Part shown: in pieces, positions 48,470 to 63,130 of the stretch
Layout of the letters: each line of letters starts with the position of its first letter
Numbering within the stretch: the stretch's first letter is position 1
Assembly (NCBI GenBank): GCA_951406725.2
Contig: OX597837.1
Location: 14,694,001-14,758,000 of the forward strand
DNA length: 64,000 bases
Direction of reading: 5' to 3'
Origin: Octopus vulgaris
Taxonomy: Eukaryota
Notes under the pieces: model-generated
What the model was told of the DNA's origin: nothing
The model's input: the letters and a program-made list of their open reading frames with translations, nothing else
Databases searched by the model: none
Program-made: the position numbers and the translations under genes

Positions 48470-48690
48470 GGGTGTGTGTTTGTGTGTCTGTGTTTGTCCC
48501 CCTAGCATTGCTTGACAACCGATGCTGGTGTGTTTACGTCCCCGTCACTTAGCGGTTCGACAAAAGAGAACGATAGAATAAGTAATGGGCTTACAAAGAA
48601 TAAGTCCTGGGGTCGATTTGCTCGACTAAAGGCGGTGCTCCAGCATGGCCGCAGTCAAATGACTGAAACAAGTAAAAGAGTAAAGAGTAA
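48213..48690 (+). mobile_element. Full-length SINE family B with internal (TA)n/(TG)n
   Basis: A-box-like GTGGCTGTGTGG, B-box-like GGTTCAGTCCC, CORE-like CCTTGGGCAAGT, tail CCAGCATGGCCGCAGTCAAATGACTGAAACAAGTAAAAGA; further copies at ~8075, 13570, 14010, 33380, 42995, 50700, 51447, 55762, 57860. Confidence 0.88.
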
Positions 48691-49092
48691 ATGCGCAAAC
48701 TTCCGTGGCGGCTGAGATCTTTGGCCGTCAACGATCGAAGCTGCGCTTCAACCGGTTTTTAGAGGGAACCAGACGCCAAATTTTAGAATATTCGAGAAAA
48801 CCATATCACGCCACAACAGTACGCTGCTTGGTCGATTAATAGACCTCTCACGAGAAACCATGGCGATTCGTTTGAGGTAAATAACCGATTATCAAGCGAT
48901 TAGGTTTCGAATCACTATTATATCATCTTTAAACACAACTTTTATTTTTTCTAAGCACGATATTTGTATCGTCTTTCAACAAAGTACTCCTAGTGTCCTA
49001 AGACACTGTATGTACATCGACTCTGATAGGTAAACCTTCCTGTACTGGAATTTTTTTCGGATACATAATCACAAATTTACTTCTCCTTTTCT

Positions 49093-49131
<39 letters not shown>

Positions 49132-49243
49132 TGCTATACATACATATACATATATATGTGTGTGGGGGTGTATACATATATATGTATATGTATGTATGTA
49201 TGTATGTATGTATACATGATGTATGTATGTATGTATATATATA

Positions 49244-49337
<94 letters not shown>

Positions 49338-49446
49338 CATGAATCATATATATATATATATATATATATTTGCCATGCTGGATCACTGAAATCTGCAAGT
49401 TTTTTCACTCTCTCTCTCTCTTTCTCTCTCTCTCTTTCTCTCTCTT

Positions 49447-49486
<40 letters not shown>

Positions 49487-49495
49487 CTCTTATTC

Positions 49496-49531
49496 CTTTC
49501 TGTTGAAGAGCGTAGGCTCGAAACGTAAAAG
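49496..49531 (+). ncRNA. Minimal hammerhead-like motif with variant core (CUGUUGA)
   Basis: CTTT-CTGTTGA-A-GAGC-GTAG-GCTC-GAAAC-GTA-AAAG. Confidence 0.55.
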
Positions 49532-50024
49532 ACTTTTTCATTCTTCCCGAGCGTCAAACTAATACACTTTCGTGTTGTCACATACACCTGTCTTCGTCTT
49601 TTGTTTTTCTATAAATTTCAACGCGTGTGTGTGTGTGTGTGTGTGTAATATATACATACATATATATGCATACCGATATGTAACTATAAGATCCAAGTAT
49701 CTAAGTGTAGGAAGTTTCCGGTGAGTTCACGTGGGATCTCTTAACGACAATGTACCCTTCACATAATTGAAGTACGTTTGACTTGAGAAGTAGCAGGATG
49801 AGTAACCCTCGTTGAGTAATTATTGCATCAGAAGATCTGCTAGCTAGGAAACATATGTAGCCTGAAATGTTCCTGCTCCACTCCCTCCATTTGGATAAAT
49901 ATATACTTACATATTTATGTATGTACTTCCTTTTTTCCATAAGTACTTCTACACGTAACATATATTCACCTATTAACATACTAGATGCAAAACTGTGATT
50001 CATCAATTTCAATCTGTCAAATAT

Positions 50025-50057
50025 TCCCTGAAGAAGGACCTTGTCCGAAACGTTAGA
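50025..50057 (+). ncRNA. Minimal hammerhead motif with weak stem I
   Basis: CTGAAGA-A-GGAC-CTT-GTCC-GAAAC-GTT. Confidence 0.55.
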
Positions 50058-50205
50058 CTTCCCACTTCCCGTGAAAAATTCACTGTACTCCTGTTTTCGA
50101 TTTTACTAAATAATACAAGTCTTGCAGGCGCAGACCATGCCAGCCTCTTGAAATTCTGTTTGATCGTATATAGATGCATAATTGCGCATGCGTGTGTATG
50201 TGGGT

Positions 50206-50244
<39 letters not shown>

Positions 50245-50830
50245 TAGAGAGAGAAAAAGTGAGAGAGAGAGAGAGAGAGGGTGAACATATGTACTTCTTT
50301 TGCATGTATGCTTCTTTATGTGTATAAGTAGGTATAGAAGTACATTTGTACTTGTATATTCTACATATTGTATATTTACAGAATGTATACGTACTCTAAG
50401 TACCGTTACGTGTACATACGTACTGCTGTAAGTGCATATGGAAGTACATGTGTACTTCTATAAGTACATATGTACCTCCATGTGTACTCTCTGTGCCTGT
50501 ATATATACATCTCTCGCTCTCTTTATATATATATATATATATATCCTATTTATAACATATATATATATATATACCATATATACGTCTATTTGTACATATC
50601 TACTAATATATATATAACAACCGTATGTAAATACACACACACATACATATATATATATACATACATATATATATACATGTATATATATTCACACACAGAC
50701 AACAAGCTGCCAAGTTCACTACGTAGGTTTGGTCAGTCCCGTGTTATAGCAGAAGACACTTGCTTAAGTGAACTCGGGATGAGAACTTGTTAAGCACACA
50801 ACCATGCCTACATCTAAGTATATATGTGTA

Positions 50831-50868
<38 letters not shown>

Positions 50869-50971
50869 AGAGAGAGTATGTGTATACATATGTGTGTGTG
50901 TATGTATGTATGTATGTATGTATGCACGCACATACACATTAACATAGGGAAATCTAATTATATAGGATCTT

Positions 50972-51003
<32 letters not shown>

Positions 51004-51801
51004 AGTGGTGGTGGTGGTGGTGGTGGTGATGGTGGTTGTGGTGGTGGCATTGTTGATGGCGAACGTTGTGGGATTAAAGCAATGGATTATACAGTGACCA
51101 GTGGAAACTCATGTATAGGATGCAGGTTATCGAGACTAATATATTCAAAAGACATTCCACCCACGTCCGTCCTGTCGACTTGTTTCATATCCAACGAGTT
51201 TAGAATCGAATCCCATCGTTTAATCTGTCCTAAATGGGGGCGAGCAGGCAGAATCGTTAGCAAGCCGGAGAAACTGCTTTGCGGCATTTCTTCCGTCTCT
51301 TACGTTCTGAGTTCAAATTCCACCGAGGTCGACTTTGTGTCTCGTCCTCGTCGGGCTAATGAAATAAGTATCAGTGGAACACAGGGGTCGATGTAATCAT
51401 CCTCCCATACTGCTGGCCTTGTGCATTCAGCAGAAAGGGTTCTACCGGCGTAGCTGTGTGGTAAGAAGTTTGCTTCCCAACCACACGGTTCGGAGTTCGG
51501 TCCCACTTGGGTAAATGTCTTCTACTATAGCCTCGGGCCAACCAAGGTCCTGTGAGTGGATTTGGTAGGCGGAAACTGAAAGAAGCCTGTCGTATACATG
51601 TGTGTGTGCGCACTTCACAACCGGTGTTGGTGCCTTTATTTCCCCGTAACTTAGCGGTTCAGCTTCAGAAAAAATAAGTCCTGGGATCGATTAAACCCTT
51701 CAGTGCGGTGCTCCAGCATGGCCGCAATCAAATGATTGAAACAAGTAAAGGATATAAATATATACGTGTATACACACACACACACACACACACACTCACA
51801 C

Positions 51802-51856
<55 letters not shown>

Positions 51857-51888
51857 TATGTATATATACACATTATATACATACACAC

Positions 51889-51929
<41 letters not shown>

Positions 51930-52112
51930 TACATGTGTGTTTCAGTATGTGGCACAGGCCTTCATTATACAAATGATCCCTCAATAAAATGTTTGACTGT
52001 TTATATTTGCAATTTTTATTTCGAAATATACGTATATACATATACACACAAACACACACACACACAGACATGCACACACCCACACACACACATACACACA
52101 AACACATATACA

Positions 52113-52240
<128 letters not shown>

Positions 52241-52959
52241 TGTATATACACATACATTATTGGTATATCTGGTGCATATTACAGTGGGACCTGGTTATTG
52301 TTATCGGAGCTTTTCGATGATAGTACTCGGTTGATAACATTTTCCGTGATCGTAATAAGCGGTTTCCTCTTTATAAAGAATTTGTAATGCAAAGCGTGGT
52401 GTTGACTCACGAATCAACGACGGAGATGTATTTGGTGATCTAAAAACGTAAAGAGAATAGGGTCGCCATTACGATGTAGAAAGAATCGTAATAATGAGGA
52501 AACAGTATTCAGAGAGAGAGAGACAGAGAGACAGAGAGAGAGAGAGACAGCGACAGAGAGAGAGAGACAGAGGCAGAGAGAGAGTGAGAAAGAGACAGAG
52601 ACAGAGATAGAGACAGAGACAGAGAGAGAGTGTGAGAGAGAGACAGAGACAGAGACAGAGATAGAGAGAGAGATTTACGTTGGGGATTGAGAAAGAAAGA
52701 GGAGATAGATAATGGTGAAAGAGTCAAAGGAAAATAGAGAAGGAAAGATAGATAGATAGGAAGTAAGCTAATAATAAAGGAAGAAGGAAGAAAGAACGAA
52801 CAAAAGTATGATGTATCTCCCAGGAAAGATAAATAGAGAGGGAGAAAACTAATAGGAAAGGAAAAGAGAGAAAGAACGAAAGCATAATGTCCGCCGAAGG
52901 GGAGCTGGAGAGACGGAGGGGAAGACGATGCAGAGAGAGAAAGAAAGACGGAAGGACAG

Positions 52960-53026
<67 letters not shown>

Positions 53027-53206
53027 TAACGAACTTGAATGCACGGCTGGTATGTATTTCTTTCTTAATCAGATCAGCTTGAGAGACTGAAAGTACATTG
53101 AAACAAGAGCAAGTTGATGAATGAAAGACTGACTGAATGGAGGACTGAATGATGGCGATTTCAGTGACGAAGCAGACGACACAGATACGCCAGCAGTTTC
53201 TTGCGG

Positions 53207-53306
53207 NNNNNNNNNNNNNNNNNNNNNNNNNNNNNNNNNNNNNNNNNNNNNNNNNNNNNNNNNNNNNNNNNNNNNNNNNNNNNNNNNNNNNNNNNNNNNN
53301 NNNNNN
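53207..53306. other. Assembly gap (100 N)
   Basis: Direct reading. Confidence 1.
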
Positions 53307-53794
53307 GTGTGTGCGTTCTTATGAATACACATATACACGTATAGCTTCCGCCTACAAAATATCATTGGTAAGGCTTTGACCGCACAAGTTTGCCTACATA
53401 CATACATACATACATACATACATACATACATACATACATACATACATACGTGCATGCAAAGACTCATACATACATACATACATACATACATACATACATA
53501 CATACATACATACATACATACATACATACACACATAAGAGACTCTGGAGAGGCGTTGCATGCCAAGACAGAGAGCAGTGGTTAATTGTGGGAGAGGAGAA
53601 GCCTGAAGGGAAGAAGATGCTGGGCGACTGCAAAACCTAAAACCATTGCAGAATAAATGTATTTGCAGCCGATGTTACCAGAATGGAGCTGACAACCAAC
53701 CTATGGCAGCTCTGACGGTATTTGTGACGTCAATTAATACCCTCCCCTTACACACACACACCTTCTCACCTTCGGCTCTCCCTCTCTTTCCTTC

Positions 53795-53833
<39 letters not shown>

Positions 53834-54033
53834 CTTTCTCTCTTTTTTTCTCGCTCTGTTGCTTCTTACTCTCTCCTCCTTGCTCTCTCTCTCTTACCAA
53901 TTCCCTGTCCACTGGTATATGTGTCTTTTTTTTCTCTCTCTCTCTCTTACCACTTATCTATTTAACTCACTATATCTATCTATATATTCCTCTCTCTCCC
54001 TCTCTCTCTCCATTTCCCTCTTTTTCTCTCCTT

Positions 54034-54064
<31 letters not shown>

Positions 54065-54133
54065 TGTGTGTTTGTATGTTCCTGCATAGGTGTACCTTTA
54101 TAAACGTCCATATATGTGTGAATGAATATATGC

Positions 54134-54225
<92 letters not shown>

Positions 54226-54359
54226 GGAGGAGAGAAAAAAGAATTGTCACTGCTGAAGCGAGTCATATATTTTATTGGAAGCATACATATATGTATGTAT
54301 ATATTTATATATGTATCAATGTACGTATGTTTGTATGTATGCATGTACATGCATACATG

Positions 54360-54391
<32 letters not shown>

Positions 54392-54618
54392 TGTATGTAT
54401 GTATGTATGTATGTATGTATGTATGCATGCTTGTATATGTATGTATCTGCCTTTCTGGTTCACCCTCTCCCATTCTTTCTAATTTATCGCGATCTCCCTT
54501 TTTTCTCTTGTTTGTCCCCTTCTCATTCTTTATCCTAGTCTCCGGCTACTTGTAGTTTTCCTTCTTGAATTTTAATCCTGGCATAGACAGGACGACTGGC
54601 GGCCTTCGATTGGAATCC

Positions 54619-54783
<165 letters not shown>

Positions 54784-56819
54784 CACATGCGCATGTATTT
54801 TGTGTGTGTGTGTGTGGTCTGTGTCTCTGTTGGTTGTGTCTGTGAGTACATGAAGGTATAACGGTGCATTCAGGCATATATATGTGTGTTTGCATACATA
54901 TGTGTATATGTAAATGGAAAGATATGTATTTGGACAGTTGACGCGTGTATTCATTTTGCTCCAGTCGTCGTGAACACGTAGGTACTATGCTTAATACTTG
55001 AGGTTTACTCGTTGTGTGGTTGAGGTTTCGAATGAAAGCCGACCGTAACATAAGATCTGTGTTTTAAATATTGATATGCAAACATTTCCAATCAGTATTG
55101 CTTATCGATGAAGGAATGGTGAATCGTCTGAAAGAAACTCGACCTCTGTAGTATTTATTAGGAGGCTTTTTAAATGTTCCATCATCGTAACGAGCCATAT
55201 TTATTTTATTAGAAAGCACTTCTGATTTCATATATATATATACACACATACATATACATATACAGATGTGTATACATATATATATATATGTATATGAATA
55301 GCTATTTATAATATATGTACAATGTGTGGAGGGGTTGTACCTATACATGTATGGCAAAAATTACGTAAGGATCGATGGATCTTCTTAAAGGTGGTCGTAA
55401 TGTAGTTTACCTTTTTTTATTATTATCGTTTAGCCAAGGTCAACTAAAGGTATTTGGTTCTCTCTTTTTCATTTTAAATATATCAAAGACTTGTATTTTC
55501 TGATGTGTCCATTTATTTAAGACAGCAGTGTCAGGTTATGAGAGAGATTTGACTTCTATTTCAAGCAGATCAAACGACCGTTTAGAGCAGGAGTGAAAAA
55601 GCTTTCTTAGTCCCAGGGTCGAAGTAAAAATGCATAAGAACCCATGTTAGATTTTTGTTTTTTACATATTCATATTTGGAGCAAAATAATTTAAACAAGG
55701 TGTGTGTGTGTGTGTGTGTGTGATTGCGCGTTCATGCGTGTGGGTGTGGAAACTTCGTCACCGGTTGTGTGGTTAAAAAACCCGCTTTACAACCACGTGG
55801 TTGCAAGTTCGGTTCCACTGCGCAGCGCCTTGCCAAGTGTCTCCTCCTATTGTCCTGGGCCGACCAATACCTTGTGAGTGAATTTGGTAGACGGAAATTG
55901 TGTGGAAGCCCCTCAGAAATATATGTGTGTATGACAATGTGTGTGTGTGTGTGTGTGTGCTTATTCTTCACCAACCGCTTGACAAACATTGTTCGTTAGT
56001 TTACGTTCCTGTGACATACAAGTTCGGCAAAAGAGATCGACATAATAAATACCAAACTTTGAAAAAAAGTAAACGCTGGGATCGATTTGTTCAGCTAAAA
56101 CCGTACAAGACGGTGCTCCAGCATGACCGCAGTCACAGTATTGGCGCCTCTAAACTGGGAAGAAGTTGAAAGCGACTTTCAAGCGTTCTAACTATCCAGA
56201 TTGCTCACTCGAAATCCGGCATGCCTCCGCTCCGGAATTCGATGGCCCTGGCCCTCTCGTAAGGACTGGATTATAAACAATCATTCTATCACAATTGGGT
56301 GCAGAAAATTTCCTGGCTGTCATTAAAGGTCTGGTTGGAGCCCCCAACCTTCTGAGTTCTTTTAGAGGGCTTAGAAAATCGGAAGAACTGTTGCAATAAG
56401 CGTATAACCCTGAGAAAGGAATATATTGGATAAAATCATTATTAACTGATCCTCCTGTATTTTCTTTTCCCCAAAGCCAGGAACTTTTCACCACTTCCCA
56501 CCTCGTAATTTGATTTGGCTTAACCGAGTTTCCAGTTTTACAATATTGTAATTTCAGAATATGTACCTTGATAGTTTTTCCTGTAATTTCGCTAAACATT
56601 TATCACATTCTGTAAAATAGTTATTTATTTCTAAGAATAAATGAAGCAAAAATTAGATAATATGATCTCACCTGTCCCCATGGTTTTGGGTTCGTTTCCG
56701 AACAGAGTTGTTTCAATTGACGCGAATCTCATAAAAGTTATGATTACAAAATAAAAGTTTATGAAAAACACTTTCAAACGAGATAATCTCAACACTTAAA
56801 ATTTTCCTTTCTTTTCCAG

Positions 56820-56903
56820 ATAGTGACCAGAGACGTCCAGTACTTCTTCGATGCTGACCATCACAACTTAGCATGGGTTTGCATAAAGCATTATATGCTG
56901 GAG
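56820..56903 (+). CDS. Candidate 84-nt internal coding exon ([28 protein letters not shown])
   Basis: Strong acceptor TTTTCCTTTCTTTTCCAG, open complex frame, length divisible by 3, weak donor GAG|GTTTGT. Confidence 0.4.
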
Positions 56904-56999
56904 GTTTGTATAAGACATCAGGGGATAAATTAAATCCTTCGTTCCTCTACCCAATGGAATCGAACGTGAACACACAGATATACGTGGCTGCATGTGTGA

Positions 57000-57034
<35 letters not shown>

Positions 57035-57058
57035 AGAGAAATACATACATATATATAC

Positions 57059-57108
<50 letters not shown>

Positions 57109-57125
57109 ATGTATGTATGAATGTA

Positions 57126-57157
<32 letters not shown>

Positions 57158-57220
57158 CGTATGTATGTATGTATGTATGTATGTATATATATATATATGT
57201 ATATATATACATATACACAC

Positions 57221-57312
<92 letters not shown>

Positions 57313-58088
57313 GAAGGCGTGTGGCTCACAAGGTCGTGGTTTCGATTCCCAAACCGGCTGTACGTTGTGTGTAAAAGCATCCAATAGTCTGACAGATACC
57401 GTGATTATATATATATATATATATATATACATACATACATACATACATACATACATACATACATACATACATACATACATACATACATGCAAATCACGGA
57501 ATCTATTAGACTATGTGTATGGGGTGTACAAAGAGGGGAGAGAGAGAGAAAGAGAGCGAGAGAGAGAGAGAGAATTTCATATGAACAGCATTCAGAATCT
57601 CTTCGAACTTTGATTTTTTGATTTTTACCAATCTTGGCATCGCCATTTAGAATTAAGATGGTTCTTGGGTAAATACATAAAATCTCCATCATTGTCTCAA
57701 ATATCAGTTCCACTGTTGCTATGGAAATTACATTAGGAGACACTCACTCGCCAAAGGGGAAAGTTCCGACTTTTCCAAAGTCTGACATTCGAAGGTTTTT
57801 ACTTTGGTCCACAGACTCTGCCATTTTTTCTGTTTGTTTGTTTGTTTTATTTTTCTATTTTTCATGTCATTAGATTGCGGTCATGCTGGAGCACCGCCCT
57901 TGAATCATTTTTAGTCGAAGAAATCGACTCCAGTACTTCTTTTTTTTTTTCTTTTTAGTTTGGTACGTATTCTATCGGTTCCTTTTGCCGAACCTCGAGG
58001 TTACGGGAACGTAAACAAACTAATACCAGTTATCAAGTGAGGATGGGAGACAAACACAAACACAAACATGCACACACACAGGTGCGTG

Positions 58089-58186
<98 letters not shown>

Positions 58187-58828
58187 TGTATGTATATGTA
58201 TGTATGTACGCGTGTGTGTGTGTGAAGTTTCCATCAGTTTCCGTCTACCAAATCCACTCACAAGACCCTGGTCGGCCCGAGGCTATAGCAGAAGACACTT
58301 GCCCAAGGTGCACGGACAGTGGGACTGAACCCGGAACCATTTGTTTGGCAAGCCACAATACGCGACTAAACATCATCGACAATAACAGTAACAATAAAGA
58401 GTCGTTTTTGTAAATACCAAAATATTTGTGGCACTGATTGCCAGTTGCAAGGAGATCTCGAGAGAAACAAACCTTAGAATGTTTCCGCAGTTTACTGTAT
58501 GTCCAAGACAGATCGTAAACGAAGTGCTACGAATTAACGAAACCGGGAGACAGGCGAGGAACTCTACCGTATTTTGTTTCGTTCCTTAATCTTTTTCAGA
58601 TTCAATTCCTCCAAGATCGAACCATTCCAAGGTTGTTTCAATAAACTTTACCTTCTCGGTGGAAAAAAAATGACGCTGTGTCAGATGAAAGGAAATCATT
58701 TAGATATAGTTTCACCTTACAACTTAGATGAGATCGGTCTCGCAAGGTCACATGCCACCCTAGTATTAGCCACTCTATGATGTCACTACACAATATACAA
58801 TACACGCACACATACAGACATACACACA

Positions 58829-58900
<72 letters not shown>

Positions 58901-58990
58901 GGAGTAAACACATAAATGTGAAACAAGGTGGAAAAAAGAGTACTCAAATACCAGTGGTAGAGTAATATGCTTTATTTAAAGCAGCAGAAA

Positions 58991-59138
58991 ATTCAACAAA
59001 ACCTGTTACTCTGAGTTACACGTTTCCGTTCGTCGGACAGTTTTTGCTAGAATAGAATAGAACCGATTCTATTCTATTCTAGCAAAAACTGTCCGACGAA
59101 CGGGAACGTGAAACTCAGAGTAACAGGTTTTGTTGAAT
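58991..59138. repeat. Palindrome (~72-bp arms, 4-nt spacer) with a hammerhead motif in each arm
   Basis: Centre GAATAGAA-CCGA-TTCTATTC; + arm CTGT-CCGACGA-ACG-GGAA-CGT-GAAAC-TCAGA-GTA-ACAG at 59089-59126. Confidence 0.9.
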
Positions 59139-60029
59139 GAAATATAAACAAATATTCTGTGCTTAAGACTGCATATATATTTCTTTCTCTGTACAACCGA
59201 TAATTATAGAATAATTCTGTGTGTCTAGAAACTCTTTCTGGCTCGCTTGACTTGAATACGGTCAGCATTCATCGGTCTCGTCGGCAACGCCATGATATGT
59301 TTGTGTATATAGGGGCCGACAATTGAATGAAAAATGTACTGTTTATTGCCTGTTTAATGTTGTTTTGATTGTTGTAGGTAATAAAGACTGTTAAAATGTT
59401 TTAACTAGAATGCCACATGTTAGACGTAGAACAAAAACACTCGATGTCGTATGTTCGTCGCTGTCGCACGTTACTAGGAAACTCATGGATTCTTGTGCGT
59501 GTGACAGTGACTATGCATGGGCATTCTATGCGGCGGTTTTTCAAGGGAGACAACTATGGTAAAAAAAAAAAAAAAAACAATTTGGTCTATTCAAGGGAGG
59601 TGACTCTATTTGAATTTTTCATTTTCTTTTTGTTGTTTTTTTTTTTGTTTCGTGTCATCAATAAAATATCTTTGTGAAATAGTATCGCATTTGCAAAAAC
59701 AAAACAACTGGCTTAAAATATGTGCCTTTCATAATCCTTTTATTTTTCCAAATAGAAAAATATTGACCAATTGGTTAATTTTCCATGAAATACGACACAG
59801 AATGAAGACACATAGAATGGTTTAAATATTTCTGCAGACTCAGGAGGGACATCAACAATTGTTTCTTCTTTTTATCAGAATTCATTTATAAATATTTTGC
59901 TATTTTTCTAGTATATTGAGCAAACATCGCTACACTCGGGTCAATTGTGAACCTGGGAAAAAATATCGTAGCAGACCCTTTTCCATGCAGACGATGTTTT
60001 TCGTAGGTAAGTAGGTGAAGACCAGGGCA

Positions 60030-61050
60030 AATCGCGCCTCAAATTGTTGTTATATCATCATCATCATTGCATCATGAGGTAAGGCACCTTGCACAGTACA
60101 TGAAAAAGGAAAAACATCATGGAATAGTGCAGCTCCCCCTCTACAGTGAAGAGGAGGTAAAAAAATTTCTAAATGCGCATCGAACGAGTTCGCACTCTTC
60201 TCCATGCATACCTAAGACAGCGAAGGTCTCCTATAGAAAAGAGTATCAGAAGTGTATATGATTCTATGCAGAGATCTCCCATGTGAGGTGGGAATGTCTT
60301 TTGGTAGAATGGACAGCCTTTTGGATGGGCATTTTAAGGAAATCCGCCCCACCAACAAGACCAGATTACCCATTCTTTGAAACTGAGGTAAGTAGCCTTT
60401 CTTACATTTTCTCCTCCCAATATGACCGTATTAAAAACTGACATAATAAAGGCACATAGCTTGGAATCGGTCTGGAAGCAAGGTCAATTGTTTAACGATC
60501 TCAAGTCACTGGATTTAGATATGGCGGCCATCAGTGAAACGATGATTTTAATGCATTCGGTCACTCACGCTTCTTAACGATGGCTATGAGTAGGCGCGTC
60601 TTTCGGTCAGTAATCTTCTAACAAGTTGACATTGTTGCTTCGGAAAGTACCGGAACTTGAAGTACCAATAATCTTCTTGGCTTTGGTTGGTAATTCAGCG
60701 GCCCTGAATGTGAACAAAAGCGACAGTGGTGCCTTCCATCTTGTGACCGTTTATTCTCCGAAGGCTGCAGAACAGCCGGACTTTATAACGTGACCAGAGT
60801 CGTTCATGGGAACACCAGACTCGTTACTGCAAATGGAGGTAACTCGAAAGATATCTTAGGGATATTTTGGGACTGTGTGAGAGAATTCAGTATGAGAGAT
60901 GTATAAGCCTTGCCAACCTCGGACGTTTCCAACTTCGTAACAGATCGCAACTGGATTCCTCCAAAATGTGCCAATGTGGATATAAAGACACCGCATCGGA
61001 TCGTCAAGTTCTCCTTGATGATTCGATGAGAGTGGAATAGGAGGTGTTGC
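60030..61050 (+). mobile_element. Highly degenerate APE-endonuclease LINE relic (L1/Tx1-like)
   Basis: LFNDLKSLDLDMAAISET (~60488-60541) and AFHLVTVYSP (60731-60760) resemble APE motifs. Confidence 0.5.
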
Positions 61051-61250
61051 TCCCAAGTGAATTTACTGCAAGGTGAGTGAGATATTTCACGGGCATTCCT
61101 TGAGTGAGCCTATTGCAGGCCGATATTATGCATTTTTATGTTTTTAAGACTACTTTTCCTTTTACAAACGATTCTGTTTAAGTTTCCCATTCCTCTAATA
61201 TTTCTGCCTTTGTGGCAAGTGAAATAAATAAATTATTATTATTACTATTA

Positions 61251-61414
<164 letters not shown>

Positions 61415-61415
61415 T

Positions 61416-61477
<62 letters not shown>

Positions 61478-61891
61478 GTCATTATTATTGTTATTATTCA
61501 GAAATTGAAGACTTGGAAACATCTGTTACAGATTGAAACGGTGCCAAGTTGTGAATACTGAAAGAAGACGATATCTGTGCAGGTTTATAAAAATTTCTGA
61601 AAAACGAGAAAAACCGAATAAAAGCAAAAACGCAAAAATCAAAAAAATTAATATCAATGAAATATATTCTTCTTCTCTTATAATTCCAGTCACATCGAAG
61701 ATGTGTTCCAGGATTTTTTTAATCAACTGTTATGTTTATATTTAATTTTTAAAAAAAAGATCTTTATACCAGTTGTTTCCGAATAAACAATATATATATA
61801 TATATATATATAATATAGGATAACATTTTTCAAAAAAGATTCTATCAATGGCCAGCATATTAAAAAATACCTTTAAAGGTTAAATATATAA

Positions 61892-62189
61892 ACAACTTAT
61901 AAACAAGGGTAAAAGATAAAAATCCTAATGCCAAATATGCTGAAAATAGACAAATCGAATATAACCATATAATTCATCACTATAAGCACGCGTCTCGAAA
62001 TAAGCCGACAGAAATTTCTAAAAAATTCCGTTATTATCGTATTGGTCCCAATTTCAGAGTTAAGTCATAAGAATTTTCTCCTCGAGACGCGTACTTATAG
62101 TGATAAATTATATGGTTATTGACGATTTGTCTATTTTCGGCATATTTGGCATTAGGATTTTTTTTCTTTTGCCCTTGTTTATAAGTTGT
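61892..62189. repeat. Inverted repeat (~107-bp arms, ~83-bp spacer) between (TA)n tracts
   Basis: 61892-61998 vs 62082-62189; inner ends carry CGAGACGCGTA, resembling a decayed GAAAC-GC-GTA hammerhead half. Confidence 0.85.
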
Positions 62190-62192
62190 GTG

Positions 62193-62281
<89 letters not shown>

Positions 62282-62929
62282 TGAAAGATGGAAGGGAAGC
62301 AAAACTTCGTATGAAGTAACACCGTGAAAGTTCATGCATAATATGCTTTTAAGTATAATACGCAATCAGGTATAAGACATCCCGATTTTTAAGGACTAAA
62401 TTACCTGAAAAATCTTATAAGGCCAAATATAACTTGCAGTATTGCACAACTGCTGCAAGAATAGATAATCTACCATAATCCCTAAAATACTTTGAAATAC
62501 AATAAAAGAAATTATTCTAAGGAATAAAACTTTACCACATCATTGGGGTTTTGTCGAATAAAATTTGGTGAGGATAAATTTCGCTTTGCAATGGCATCTA
62601 TTAGAAATATTCCGAATTGTTAGCTTTGATTTTGAGTAAAAAAAAACAAAAAGCTGCGTATTATGCATGGAATTTTGCAGTAATTGCTGGTAATGTATTG
62701 GAGGCAAGGTTGTACGTGATGGTGGTTAACAGTTACAAATAAGCATATGCTGTGACTTAGCCTGTTAGAAATAACAGCCAAATGCCTTTCAGATCATAAT
62801 GTTTAAGAAAGAAGGCACGCATTCGATTATGTAGTCCTAGATATAATGAAGGAGCTTCTACGAGATGGCGCTACCGACCAGAAATAGCATCCAAATTTCC
62901 GTTCAATCAGGACCTACTGTTTTCGGTAC

Positions 62930-63130
62930 ACTTCGCCCGCTTCTCTTCCTTGTTGAGATTCCTGTTAGCCATAAGTCCTTTCGTTCTAATAACATTTCTC
63001 TTCGAACTGCTGCTCTCTGGAACTCACCATCACCGTCTGATTTTCCATTAGTCTGTCAAGCTTTCTGCCAATCAACATCTTTTGAATTTGTTGCCCCTTA
63101 CTTTTCCTTTTTCATTGTCCTTTTCGCTGC
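62930..63130 (+). mobile_element. Possible 3' fragment of a CR1/Jockey-like LINE
   Basis: RTAALWNSPSPSDFP resembles the RTxxLWNxLP..FP motif at ORF2 C-termini. Confidence 0.45.

Noticed and set aside
53070-53206. Coding-looking acidic stretch (NDGDFSDEADDTD) before the gap
   Set aside because: In-frame stop just upstream, no convincing acceptor in frame, and truncated by the gap.
56192-56599. 135-aa minus-strand ORF and possible short intron near 56611-56672
   Set aside because: No recognisable motif; about one such ORF is expected by chance, and the spliced reading terminates quickly.
59470-59482. RFX X-box-like GTTACTAGGAAAC
   Set aside because: Single degenerate motif without supporting context.
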